Source: Archaeoglobus fulgidus DSM 4304
GTDB taxonomy: Archaea > Halobacteriota > Archaeoglobi > Archaeoglobales > Archaeoglobaceae
Direction of reading: 5' to 3'
NCBI RefSeq assembly: GCF_000008665.1
Contig: NC_000917.1
Coordinates: 300,001-332,000 of the forward strand
DNA length: 32,000 nucleotides
Part shown: positions 1-8,759 of the stretch, piece after piece
Numbering within the stretch: the stretch's first letter is position 1
Layout of the letters: the number at the start of each line of letters is the position of its first letter
Notes under the pieces: model-generated
The model's database searches: none
What the model saw: the letters and a program-made list of their open reading frames with translations, nothing else
Told to the model about the DNA's origin: nothing
Made by a program: the position numbers and the translations under genes

Positions 1-2
1 CG

Positions 3-1730
3 GTCAGATTTCAGAACTTCGGTGAGATTTTCGATTCGGGGATTTACTACACGGGTTACGACTCCTACTACCACATGAGGCTTGTGGAGGTAATGGTAAA
101 GGAAAGTTTCCGCCCGGATTACGATTACTATATAAACTATCCCTTCGGGCTGAAAATAACCTGGCCCCCGCTCTTTGATTATATCCTTGCCTTCCCCGGC
201 ATGCTCTTCGGTTTTCATTCGTCGGAAATCTTCGCCGTCTTCCTTCCCGTCATCCTTGGCGTTTTGTCTGTTGTGCTAATTTGCCTCACAGCCCTTCAGA
301 TTGTAAACAATCAGACCTTTGCTTTAATCTCGGCCTTCATCTATGCCGCAGCACCGGTGGCAGTGTGGAAGACAGTTCTTGGGCAGGCCGACCATCACGC
401 TTTGGTAATCTTTCTCTTTTTGCTATCAGCGTACCTTCTGCTTAAGGATGGTGTCTGGAAGATTCTAGCTGGACTTCCAATGCTTTTTATGGCTCTTGCC
501 TGGCTCGGTTCACCGATATATGGAGCATTGCTGGCATTTTCAGCACTTGTTCACTTTGACAGAAAAGCGCTGAGACTTGTAGCAGCCTCATACCTTATTC
601 CAGCAATCTCCTTCGTTCTGTATCCTCCAGTTGGTATATCATTTTTCGGACTTGCCGCCTTTCTTTTCGTTGGTAGTGTAGTAAAGGGTTACGAGGACAG
701 ATTTAGAAACGCCACGATCTACTACATAGCATTATCGCTTGCCACCGTTCTTATTATCTACTTTATTCCCCTCCCACACTTCGAATTCGTGAAGGGAGGC
801 ATCAACTACATCTTTGGGGCCAACATATACCTTCCAACCATAAGCGAGGCGAGGTCTCTACAAATTTTTGAAATCATATCAGCTTCAGGTTACATCTACT
901 TCATTTTCGCTCTGATTTCGGTTTTGTTTTTTAGAAACAGGTTTGTACTCTCGATGTTCTTCCTGTCCTTCATTCTTGCTCTGATGCAGCTCAGGTTTAC
1001 GGAAGTTCTTGTGGTGCCGTCGGCACTGCTATCTGCCTACTTGGTTAGCTTAGTTCTCGAAAGGCTGGAATATCCTGTTTTCGAAAAGGCTGATGAGGAG
1101 GAAAAGAGTAGAAGGAGGAAAAGAAAGGACAGAAAAGTCAAGCAGAAAAATGCGGAGGTAGAGTGGAAGGATCATGCTGTTGTTGCAGCATTCCTCGTAA
1201 TCCTCGCCATACCGTGTATAGTCGTTGCCGTAGTCCCCTTCGACCTCACCGAAGACTGGAAAGAAGCTCTCGAATGGATGAGAACTTCGCTGGAAGAGCA
1301 GAACTACCTGAACCCCTACGAAAAGCCTGAGTATTCTGTAATGAGCTGGTGGGACTACGGTAACTGGATTCTCTACGTTTCAAAAAAGGCTGTGGTCTGC
1401 AACAACTTTCAGGCAGGGGCTGTTGATGCGGCTAAGTTCTTTACTGCAAAAAGCGAGGATGAAGCCATTAAAATTGCAAAGAAACGTGGTGTGAGGTACG
1501 TTGTTACCGCCGATGAGATTACGATGAAGGACGCTAACAACACTAAGTTCCCCGCAATCATGCGGATCGCTGGCTACAATGTGGATTTGATGACTGAAGG
1601 TGAAATCCTTAACTTCTTCAACCATACCGTGCTTTACAGGCTCCACATGGAGAACGCCGAAAACCTGACCCACTTCAGGCTGGTAAAGGAATTCGGCGAT
1701 GTTAAGATTTTTGAGGTTGTGGGTAGCTAA
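3..1730 (+). CDS. aglB: STT3/AglB oligosaccharyltransferase, 5'-truncated by the window edge
   Basis: The frame is open from base 3 and reads VRFQNFGEIFDSGIYYTGYDSYYHMRLVEV, so the ORF-track Met at 75 is probably internal. Multi-pass membrane N-terminal part, then the WWDYGNWI signature and a soluble C-terminal domain. Resembles a short-type AglB. Confidence 0.93.
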   Translation, partial: VRFQNFGEIFDSGIYYTGYDSYYHMRLVEVMVKESFRPDYDYYINYPFGLKITWPPLFDYILAFPGMLFGFHSSEIFAVFLPVILGVLSVVLICLTALQIVNNQTFALISAFIYAAAPVAVWKTVLGQADHHALVIFLFLLSAYLLLKDGVWKILAGLPMLFMALAWLGSPIYGALLAFSALVHFDRKALRLVAASYLIPAISFVLYPPVGISFFGLAAFLFVGSVVKGYEDRFRNATIYYIALSLATVLIIYFIPLPHFEFVKGGINYIFGANIYLPTISEARSLQIFEIISASGYIYFIFALISVLFFRNRFVLSMFFLSFILALMQLRFTEVLVVPSALLSAYLVSLVLERLEYPVFEKADEEEKSRRRKRKDRKVKQKNAEVEWKDHAVVAAFLVILAIPCIVVAVVPFDLTEDWKEALEWMRTSLEEQNYLNPYEKPEYSVMSWWDYGNWILYVSKKAVVCNNFQAGAVDAAKFFTAKSEDEAIKIAKKRGVRYVVTADEITMKDANNTKFPAIMRIAGYNVDLMTEGEILNFFNHTVLYRLHMENAENLTHFRLVKEFGDVKIFEVVGS

Positions 1731-2209
1731 TACCTGATTTTCGATGCACACTCCCTGCAGAAGCTAACCGGCTTTCTGTCAACATCCTGAACTGAGTTTG
1801 AAAACCGCATAACGCAGTTGTTACTGCAGTGCTTCAAACCAAGAACGTGGCCGATCTCGTGCACAGCCTCCTTGACAACCCTCTCCCTGTAAAGCTCGCT
1901 GTCCGCTGTTGTGAGGCGGAAAACTGATAGCACGGCCCTCGCCCCTCCGAGTTCTGCCTCGCCAAAAACGAAGTTCATTCCTTTGGCGTAGATATCCTTA
2001 CCCGTCACACCCAAGGTAACTTTAATCGGGGGGAGCATCCTCAGGATGCACGTTGAGTTGTACTGTCTTCTGGAGGCGTTGTAGCACTTAAGGCTAACAT
2101 CTGATGCCGGAAGCACAAAAACCTCGGCGTTGAAAATTTTCGGGAGGGAGTTTGCGAGTACCTCAACCGTGTGGCTGTTCACCGAAAGAGGCTGGATGTA
2201 TATCTTCAT
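1727..2209 (-). CDS. amzA: Archaemetzincin family zinc metalloprotease
   Basis: Signature HEIGHVLGLKHCSNNCVM...CRECASKI (HExxHxxGxxHC plus distal Cys). Confidence 0.93.
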   Translation of the reverse strand: MKIYIQPLSVNSHTVEVLANSLPKIFNAEVFVLPASDVSLKCYNASRRQYNSTCILRMLPPIKVTLGVTGKDIYAKGMNFVFGEAELGGARAVLSVFRLTTADSELYRERVVKEAVHEIGHVLGLKHCSNNCVMRFSNSVQDVDRKPVSFCRECASKIRY

Positions 2210-3396
2210 AGGAGCCCTCCTATTACCTCAACAACCCTCTCCCCCACAACCTTTGCAACGTCCACACCGAAGGTGGAGATGATGTACCACCCGCCGTAAA
2301 TTGTTCCTATCATGCTCCCGACATTCGTTAAAGCGGCAACGAGGAGCACGCGGAAGAACTTGTTCTGCATCATCTCCCTAAGGCTTTCCGCCTCAACGAG
2401 CTTTGAGAAATCCTCAACCGTCGGTTTCCTAATCCATGCTTCCACTAGGCCCGAAACCCAGCCGGCAGCAACAAGCGGATTAAGGGAAGTCATCCAGGCG
2501 CACAGAAATGCCGTTACTATGGACAAAGGATGCCCCCTCGCCAGCGAAGCGCCTACTGCAGAGAGCACTCCGTTAATTAAGAACCAGTAAAGAAACGCCT
2601 GAACTAGAACTTCCGTGTTGAGCGACGTGGCTATGAGGATAAAGGTTCCAACAATCAGGGCAGTAAAGGCCCCCATGAAAATTTTGAAGTAGCTTCTACC
2701 CTTCTTCACCTCCTCAAGCTCCCTCAAATTTACGGGATTTTCCTTGAGTTTCAGCAGAGCCTCCTCGATCCCCTTCCTGTGGCCAGCACCAACAACGGCT
2801 ACAATTCTGTTGTATCTGGACAGAGCGTTGAGCAGGTTGGCGGCCATGTAAACATCCCTCTCGTCGATCAGAACTTTTGCAGCGTTGGGGGATATCTTTC
2901 TGAACTCCTTTACCAGCATGTCAAGAACGTCCTCTTCAAGCATCTCATCGACCTCTATCTCATCCCCGCTGAAGGTGCTTCTTACGAGGTGAAAAATGAG
3001 CTTTATTTTCTCCACGAACGTCAGCTTCTGCCAGAAGCGCGTGAAGGTAAGGCCAATATCTCTGTCTATGAGCAGCACATCTGCTCCTGCTTCCCTTGCC
3101 TTCTCAATTGCTGCAAGCATCTCGCTGCCCGGCTTCACTCCAGTCTCCTCTCCAACCTTCCTCTGAAAGTATGCAAGAATGAGCTGAAAGAGGAGCATGA
3201 AAACGTTGCCCTTCCTTATCACATCAGCTACCGAAATCTCCTCCCTCTGCCCGTGGACGAGGGCGTGATACCTTCTCGGACAGAGCTCAACCGCAACCGC
3301 ATCGGGCTTTTCCCTTTCAATAACCTCCGCGACCTCTTCAACGCTTCTCTTGGAAACGTGTGCTGTGCCTACTATGACGAGCCTCTTTTCCTCCAA
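2206..3396 (-). CDS. TraB/PrgY-family (TraB/Tiki superfamily) protein with C-terminal membrane helices
   Basis: N-terminal VIVGTAHVSKRSVEEV and later VVGAGHRKGIEEAL (two GxxH motifs), Arg/Glu-rich middle, hydrophobic C-terminal segment. Confidence 0.85.
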   Translation of the reverse strand: MEEKRLVIVGTAHVSKRSVEEVAEVIEREKPDAVAVELCPRRYHALVHGQREEISVADVIRKGNVFMLLFQLILAYFQRKVGEETGVKPGSEMLAAIEKAREAGADVLLIDRDIGLTFTRFWQKLTFVEKIKLIFHLVRSTFSGDEIEVDEMLEEDVLDMLVKEFRKISPNAAKVLIDERDVYMAANLLNALSRYNRIVAVVGAGHRKGIEEALLKLKENPVNLRELEEVKKGRSYFKIFMGAFTALIVGTFILIATSLNTEVLVQAFLYWFLINGVLSAVGASLARGHPLSIVTAFLCAWMTSLNPLVAAGWVSGLVEAWIRKPTVEDFSKLVEAESLREMMQNKFFRVLLVAALTNVGSMIGTIYGGWYIISTFGVDVAKVVGERVVEVIGGLL

Positions 3397-4460
3397 CCCA
3401 TCACCTCCAGAGCCTCAAGAATCTCCTTGATTCTCATTAAGTCGCTCCTTGACACGATTCCGACAACTCTGCCGTGCTCAACCACCGGCAGCCTCCCGAT
3501 CCCCATCTCGCTCATAATCTTGAAAGCTTCAAAGGCCGATTGGTTTGGTGAGACCGCAACAACCTCTCTGCTCATAATGTTGCCAACCCTCTCCTCGGGC
3601 TCAACCCCGATTATGTCGTGGAGAGTGATAATCCCCACAAGCCTTTCTCCTTCAACAACTGGAAATCCGAGATGCTTTGTTTTCAGAATCAAATCAATCA
3701 CTTCCGAGACCGTCATCTCCGGGGTTACAGTAACAACCTCTGTGTTCATAACATCAGCCACCCTAACCCTTCCGAGCACGTTCTCAAGCAGCACGAGCCT
3801 CTCCTCCTCGTTGGCTCCGATGTAAACAAAGAGTGCTATGAGTATCAGCCACGGATTCGTGAATATCCCGAAGATTGCCATAAATATCGCCAGCGCCCTT
3901 CCGATCTCCGCGGCAATCTTTGTAGCTTCGGCGTAACTCCTCTTCTCAGCCAAAAAGCTCCTCAAAATTCTACCTCCATCCATCGGGAAGGCGGGAATCA
4001 GGTTGAAGATGGCAAGAATGAAGTTGAGGTAGCCGAAAAGCAGAAAGAAGGCGCTGAGCTCGGCAACGGGAATTGACGAGAGGAGAGCGGAGACAACGGC
4101 AATTCCGAAGCTCGTTGCGGGGCCGGATATGGCAACCACAAGCTCCTCTCGCGGCTTTTTCGGCAGCTCATCCATCATCGCAACCCCACCGAAGATGAAG
4201 AGCATTATTCCCCTTATCCTGACACCGTATCTCCTCGCAACGAGAGAGTGGCCGAGCTCATGCGCGAGAATTGAAGCGAAAAGTCCCACCGCAGCCATGC
4301 TTGATAAAATTATCCTCTCAGACAAAGGAAAATTTGCAAAGCCGTAGGGGAACGGAGAAACTGAGAAGGCGTATATGAGAAGAACAAGCAGGATTAGAAG
4401 GCTTATGTGCACCTCCACATCAATTCCGAAGACTCTGAAAATTTTGAAGGACGCTCGCAT
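3372..4460 (-). CDS. Site-2-protease-like (M50B) intramembrane metalloprotease with two C-terminal CBS domains
   Basis: AHELGHSLVARR and NLIPAFPMDGGRI motifs, multiple TM segments, then tandem CBS repeats (VADVMNTEVVTV..., VGNIMSREVVAV...). Confidence 0.92.
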   Translation of the reverse strand: MRASFKIFRVFGIDVEVHISLLILLVLLIYAFSVSPFPYGFANFPLSERIILSSMAAVGLFASILAHELGHSLVARRYGVRIRGIMLFIFGGVAMMDELPKKPREELVVAISGPATSFGIAVVSALLSSIPVAELSAFFLLFGYLNFILAIFNLIPAFPMDGGRILRSFLAEKRSYAEATKIAAEIGRALAIFMAIFGIFTNPWLILIALFVYIGANEEERLVLLENVLGRVRVADVMNTEVVTVTPEMTVSEVIDLILKTKHLGFPVVEGERLVGIITLHDIIGVEPEERVGNIMSREVVAVSPNQSAFEAFKIMSEMGIGRLPVVEHGRVVGIVSRSDLMRIKEILEALEVMGWRKRGSS

Positions 4461-4591
4461 AAATAGTGATTACAGGTGCTTTTATAAATACCTAACCTCA
4501 GTTGACATTCTGTGAACTTGCTTTGGAGTTAGATTCAAAAAATCGGAAAATTTTTTATTTTTTCAAAAGTAAAGTTTGAAGGGTGGAAGGC

Positions 4592-6085
4592 ATGATGAAC
4601 GGAAAGGAGTACATTGAGAGTTTGAGAAAGCTGAAGCCAAAGGTCTATTTCATGGGGAGGAAGATCGATAGCGTTGCTGACGATCCCATCACCGCTCCGC
4701 ATGTGAATGCTGCTGCAATGACCTACGAACTCGCTAACGATCCGAGATACGAGGATGTGATGACCGCTACTTCCCACCTAACTGGGGAGAAGATAAACAG
4801 GTTCACCCACATTCACCAGAGCACGGAGGATTTGGTCAAGAAGGTAAGGATGATGCGGCTGCTCGGCAGAAAGACAGGAAGCTGCTTTCAGCGCTGCGTG
4901 GGGCTTGATGCTCTCTGCGCTCTTTACATAACAACCTACGACGTTGACAGGAAATACGGAACCGACTACCACGAGAGGTTCAAGGATTACCTGATTCATG
5001 TTCAGAAAAACGATTTGATGGCGGCGGGAGCCATGACGGATGTTAAGGGCGACAGGAGCCTCAGGCCGCACCAGCAGGCAGACCCGGACGTGTATGTGAG
5101 GGTTGTTGAAAGGAGGGAAGACGGGATTGTTGTGAGAGGCGCCAAGGCGCACATTACCGGTGCGGTAAACTCTCACGAGATCATAGCACTGCCAACAAGA
5201 GCCATGGGGGAAGAGGATAAGGACTACGCCGTGGCGTTTGCCGTTCCGGTAGATGCAGAGGGAGTGGTGATGATTTTCGGAAGGCAGACAAATGACGTGC
5301 GAAGGCTGGACGGGGACATCGACTGTGGGAATGCTAAATATGCCACGGTTGGCGGAGAGGCTTTGATAATCTTCAACGACGTGTTCGTGCCGTGGGAGAG
5401 AGTTTTCATGTGCGGGGAGTACGATTTTGCGTCGGAGCTTGTTGAAACCTTCGCAACATATCACAGGCAGAACTACGGAGGCTGCAAGGTTGGAGTTGCG
5501 GATGTGCTGATCGGAGCTTCGGCAGCTATTGCCGAGTACAACGGCGTTGAAAGGGCTTCGCACATCGTGGACAAGCTGACTGAAATGGTTCATTTGGCAG
5601 AAACTTGCTGGTGCTGCTCCCTCGCGTGCTCCTACGAGGGCTTCAAAACTCCCTCTGGAGCCTACATGCCGAACCTGCTTTTGGCCAACGTCACGAAGCT
5701 CAACATAACCCGCTTCCCCTACGAGTGGTCGAGGCTGGCTCAGGACATCGTTGGCGGTTTGGTGGCGACAACACCGTCCGAGCTTGACTACAAGAATCCC
5801 GAAACAAGAGATTTGATTGAGAAGTACCTCAAAGGAAAGGCCGACGTACCGACCGAGCACAGGGTCAGGATGATAAGGCTGATCGAGAACCTGTCAATCG
5901 GGGCTGAGCTGCCGGAGTCTATGCACGGAGCAGGCTCGCCAGCCGCGCAGAAGATAATGATTGCGAGAAGGGCGAACATCGACGTGAAGAAGGAAGAGGC
6001 AAAGAGAGTTGCGGGGATTCTTCCAGATGAGGACTACTTGAGGGTGAGAGGGTTCAAGAGAGAAGGGGATGAAGGTCGGAGTTAA
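4592..6085 (+). CDS. abfD: 4-hydroxybutyryl-CoA dehydratase / vinylacetyl-CoA isomerase-like flavoprotein (4-hydroxyphenylacetate 3-hydroxylase superfamily)
   Basis: GSCFQRC and YHRQNYGGC carry cluster-ligand-like residues C-x3-C ... H-x6-C. In the track protein these are C101/C105/H294/C301, the same spacing as remembered for the clostridial enzyme (C99/C103/H292/C299). Track start 4583 is a GTG; ATG at 4592 or 4595 follows a GGTGG-like RBS. Confidence 0.85.
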   Translation: MMNGKEYIESLRKLKPKVYFMGRKIDSVADDPITAPHVNAAAMTYELANDPRYEDVMTATSHLTGEKINRFTHIHQSTEDLVKKVRMMRLLGRKTGSCFQRCVGLDALCALYITTYDVDRKYGTDYHERFKDYLIHVQKNDLMAAGAMTDVKGDRSLRPHQQADPDVYVRVVERREDGIVVRGAKAHITGAVNSHEIIALPTRAMGEEDKDYAVAFAVPVDAEGVVMIFGRQTNDVRRLDGDIDCGNAKYATVGGEALIIFNDVFVPWERVFMCGEYDFASELVETFATYHRQNYGGCKVGVADVLIGASAAIAEYNGVERASHIVDKLTEMVHLAETCWCCSLACSYEGFKTPSGAYMPNLLLANVTKLNITRFPYEWSRLAQDIVGGLVATTPSELDYKNPETRDLIEKYLKGKADVPTEHRVRMIRLIENLSIGAELPESMHGAGSPAAQKIMIARRANIDVKKEEAKRVAGILPDEDYLRVRGFKREGDEGRS

Positions 6086-6314
6086 GTACTGCGGTGGATG
6101 CAACCCCGAGTACAGGCGGGAGGATGTTGAGGATGTGCTGAGAAAGCACTTCACAATTTTTTACTCGGAGGATGCTGACGTTCTCGTTTTGATTAACGGC
6201 TGCAAGAAAGCCTGTTTGCTTGAGGAAGTGAATCATCCAAAAGTCGTGAGCGTTGATTCTCCGGTGAGTGAGGAGGAGCTGCTGAGAAGAGTTCTCAAGG
6301 CCATGAGAGGTTAG
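6069..6314 (+). CDS. Small CGGCNP-motif protein, translationally overlapping the dehydratase-like gene
   Basis: 81-aa ORF MKVGVKYCGGCNPEYRREDVE...INGCKKAC; starts inside the 3' end of the upstream gene. Confidence 0.75.
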   Translation: MKVGVKYCGGCNPEYRREDVEDVLRKHFTIFYSEDADVLVLINGCKKACLLEEVNHPKVVSVDSPVSEEELLRRVLKAMRG

Positions 6315-6340
6315 CTCCGCACACCATTTGTGCGGAGTTA
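6312..6340 (+). terminator. Strong GC-rich stem-loop immediately after the dehydratase/CGGCNP operon
   Basis: CTCCGCACA(6315-6323)-CCATT-TGTGCGGAG(6329-6337): perfect 9-bp stem with 5-nt loop, extendable by G-U, A-T and T-A pairs. Confidence 0.6.
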
Positions 6341-6373
6341 GGGAAAGGAAGCACAGGCAGCCAAGCAGAAAAA

Positions 6374-6382
6374 ATTAAATAT
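6374..6382 (+). promoter_or_regulatory. Candidate TATA box for pcn, consistent with a short or absent leader
   Basis: TTAAATATT about 24-32 nt upstream of ATG 6406. Confidence 0.4.
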
Positions 6383-6405
6383 TAACACGTCTAAAAAAAG
6401 CTGAG

Positions 6406-7143
6406 ATGATAGACGTCATAATGACCGGAGAGTTGTTGAAGACCGTAACGAGGGCTATAGTTGCGCTGGTCAGCGAGGCGAGAATACACTTCCTAGAAAA
6501 GGGATTGCATTCGAGAGCCGTTGACCCCGCAAACGTTGCGATGGTCATAGTTGACATCCCGAAAGACAGCTTTGAGGTTTACAACATAGATGAGGAGAAA
6601 ACCATAGGAGTGGACATGGACAGGATTTTCGACATAAGCAAGTCAATCTCGACCAAAGACCTCGTTGAGCTGATCGTTGAGGATGAGAGCACGCTGAAGG
6701 TAAAGTTCGGAAGCGTGGAGTACAAGGTGGCGCTGATAGACCCCTCCGCAATAAGGAAAGAGCCGAGAATTCCCGAGCTGGAGCTGCCAGCGAAGATTGT
6801 TATGGATGCGGGGGAGTTCAAGAAGGCAATTGCGGCTGCAGACAAAATCAGCGACCAGGTGATTTTCAGGTCAGACAAGGAGGGCTTCAGGATTGAGGCG
6901 AAGGGGGATGTTGACAGCATCGTTTTCCACATGACGGAAACTGAGCTGATAGAGTTCAACGGAGGGGAAGCAAGGAGCATGTTCAGCGTTGACTACCTCA
7001 AGGAGTTCTGCAAGGTTGCGGGAAGCGGTGATTTGCTCACGATTCACCTCGGAACCAACTATCCAGTCAGGCTGGTTTTTGAGCTTGTTGGCGGCAGGGC
7101 AAAGGTCGAGTACATCCTGGCTCCGCGCATAGAGTCGGAGTGA
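6406..7143 (+). CDS. pcn: DNA polymerase sliding clamp (PCNA)
   Basis: Full-length PCNA-like protein: MIDVIMTGELLKTVTRAIVALVSEARIHFLEKGLHSRAVDPANVAMV ... C-terminal YILAPRIE. Confidence 0.96.
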   Translation: MIDVIMTGELLKTVTRAIVALVSEARIHFLEKGLHSRAVDPANVAMVIVDIPKDSFEVYNIDEEKTIGVDMDRIFDISKSISTKDLVELIVEDESTLKVKFGSVEYKVALIDPSAIRKEPRIPELELPAKIVMDAGEFKKAIAAADKISDQVIFRSDKEGFRIEAKGDVDSIVFHMTETELIEFNGGEARSMFSVDYLKEFCKVAGSGDLLTIHLGTNYPVRLVFELVGGRAKVEYILAPRIESE

Positions 7144-7146
7144 TTG

Positions 7147-8259
7147 ATGAAATACCTACCCCTTTACCCAATTTTGGCTCGCTATCCCTTTCTGAGAATT
7201 GCCTCACGCGTTTTCTCATTCAACATCGAGGATGAGCTTAGAAAGTTTCTGGATACTGTTGAAGCCGCAAAGAGGATTGTTGACAAGGCAATTGACGGCA
7301 GGGTGGAGTACGACAGGTTCACAGATGAGTCGGAGTTCTTCTGTCTTGGCTGTGAGGAGAACTGCTATGATTGCCAGAAAAGGGGAACGCTTGAAGGTTG
7401 CGACCTTTGTATGGGCTGTTTCGAAAACTGCTCGCTCTACTACCCCCGTGAAGCGGTTGAGAGGTTCTACACAAACGCCAAGCTCTCCCTCTTGACGTAC
7501 ATCGCATCCAGAATGATTGTTTCGGCGATGGAGGACTGGGTGAGGATGAGGTACGCTGTTAACGAGGCGAGCTATTACTCAAGGCTGTTGAGGGAAGATG
7601 TAGAAGAGAGCGGTAAAGAGCCGATAGTCAGGCTTGTGGCGATAGACCTCGGTGCGAAGCTTAAAGGCTGGAAAATGCACGTTTCAACCTTTGTTAGAGT
7701 TTCCGCGAGAATTAAGGATGACAAGTGGAGGCTCGTGAACAGAAAGCTGAGAAACGGTTGGGTTGAGACCACCAAAGCCGAGGTTTTAAGGGGGCTGGAG
7801 GAGCTACTGAGAATGAAGCTTTTCGAGAAGGTTCCGGTGAGCGAGGCGGTGAGCGAGGCAGTGAGGGAGCTTTCAAGGAAGGCGAAGAGGGAGTCGGAGA
7901 AGTTTGCAATGGACTTGGGGGAGGTTGACCTTAACTGCCTCCCTCCCTGCATGAGGGAAATTCTCTCAGAGCTTCAGAGGGGTATGAACATCCCCCATAC
8001 CGCAAGGTTTGCAATTACCTCCTTCCTCCTTAACATCGGAATGACCGTTGACGAAATAATAGCGCTGTTTAAGTCCGCACCTGACTTCGACGATGAAAAG
8101 ACGAGGTATCAGGTCGAGCACATCGCCGGAGAGAGGGGGAAGGGGGCTGAGTACACCTCCCCATCGTGCGACACAATGAGAACCTACAGCAACTGCGTTG
8201 CCGATTGCAGGGTTTCGCATCCCTTAATTTATTATAAAAAATGTAAATCGAAAAGTTGA
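7147..8259 (+). CDS. priL: DNA primase large subunit
   Basis: Primase-large-subunit C-terminal region with scattered Cys (CLPPCM...CDTMRTYSNC..DCRVSHPLIYYKKCK) and HTARFAITSFLLNIG. The ATG at 7144 and the one at 7147 are both possible starts. Confidence 0.93.
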   Translation: MKYLPLYPILARYPFLRIASRVFSFNIEDELRKFLDTVEAAKRIVDKAIDGRVEYDRFTDESEFFCLGCEENCYDCQKRGTLEGCDLCMGCFENCSLYYPREAVERFYTNAKLSLLTYIASRMIVSAMEDWVRMRYAVNEASYYSRLLREDVEESGKEPIVRLVAIDLGAKLKGWKMHVSTFVRVSARIKDDKWRLVNRKLRNGWVETTKAEVLRGLEELLRMKLFEKVPVSEAVSEAVRELSRKAKRESEKFAMDLGEVDLNCLPPCMREILSELQRGMNIPHTARFAITSFLLNIGMTVDEIIALFKSAPDFDDEKTRYQVEHIAGERGKGAEYTSPSCDTMRTYSNCVADCRVSHPLIYYKKCKSKS

Positions 8260-8264
8260 AGGTT

Positions 8265-8483
8265 TTAAAGCTCCCTCAGAGCAAGCTTGATGTCATCCAC
8301 CTTTACCGTCTTTCTCCCAGCATGTTTTGCCAGCTCAGCAGCCTTTTTGCCAATTTGCATGGCGTATTCTTCTATGGCCTTCGCCAGTTCCACCTTTGCA
8401 TCCTCACTGACCCTTGAAGCTCCAGCCTTTCTCAGAAGCCTTTCCACAGGAGCAAGTGGAAGCTCCACCCTTAACACCTCCAT
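8265..8483 (-). CDS. Archaeal histone
   Basis: 72 aa histone fold: [63 protein letters not shown]. Confidence 0.97.
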   Translation of the reverse strand: MEVLRVELPLAPVERLLRKAGASRVSEDAKVELAKAIEEYAMQIGKKAAELAKHAGRKTVKVDDIKLALREL

Positions 8484-8520
8484 TCTGGTTCAGACTAACC
8501 AATGATTAATGTGCCAAAAT

Positions 8521-8530
8521 CCTATATAAA
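8521..8530 (-). promoter_or_regulatory. Candidate TATA box for the histone gene
   Basis: CCTATATAAA (TTTATATAGG on the minus strand), about 40 nt upstream of the histone ATG. Confidence 0.45.
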
Positions 8531-8759
8531 TTTTTTCATGAAATGGACTTTTCAGGAGGCAAAAATATCGTATTGGGAATCTGCTCAACACCTGATGATG
8601 GGCAAGAATGAGAGATAAAAATAGGTGTTAAATCGGAAAATGATGGTTACCAACATTAGCCCAATCTTCCCTCTAATGGTAAATTTGGCAAATTCGGCGA
8701 TTCTTTTCTAAACTAACAATATTTTAGATTGCAGTGCCAAGAATGCAGTAAAATAAATT

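Noticed and set aside
2779-3825. 348-aa plus-strand ORF opposite TraB/S2P
   Set aside because: Antisense to two genes with clear catalytic motifs; no recognisable domain.
4778-5860. 360-aa minus-strand ORF antisense to the dehydratase-like gene
   Set aside because: Low-plausibility composition and no family signature; fully antisense to a gene with conserved motifs. Long antisense ORFs of this kind are common in compact genomes with codon bias.
8531-8759. Possible ncRNA in the AT-rich gap between the histone and ATPase genes
   Set aside because: Beyond the histone TATA-like element, only weak repeats (e.g. CTAAA...TTTAG) are visible; no convincing structure.
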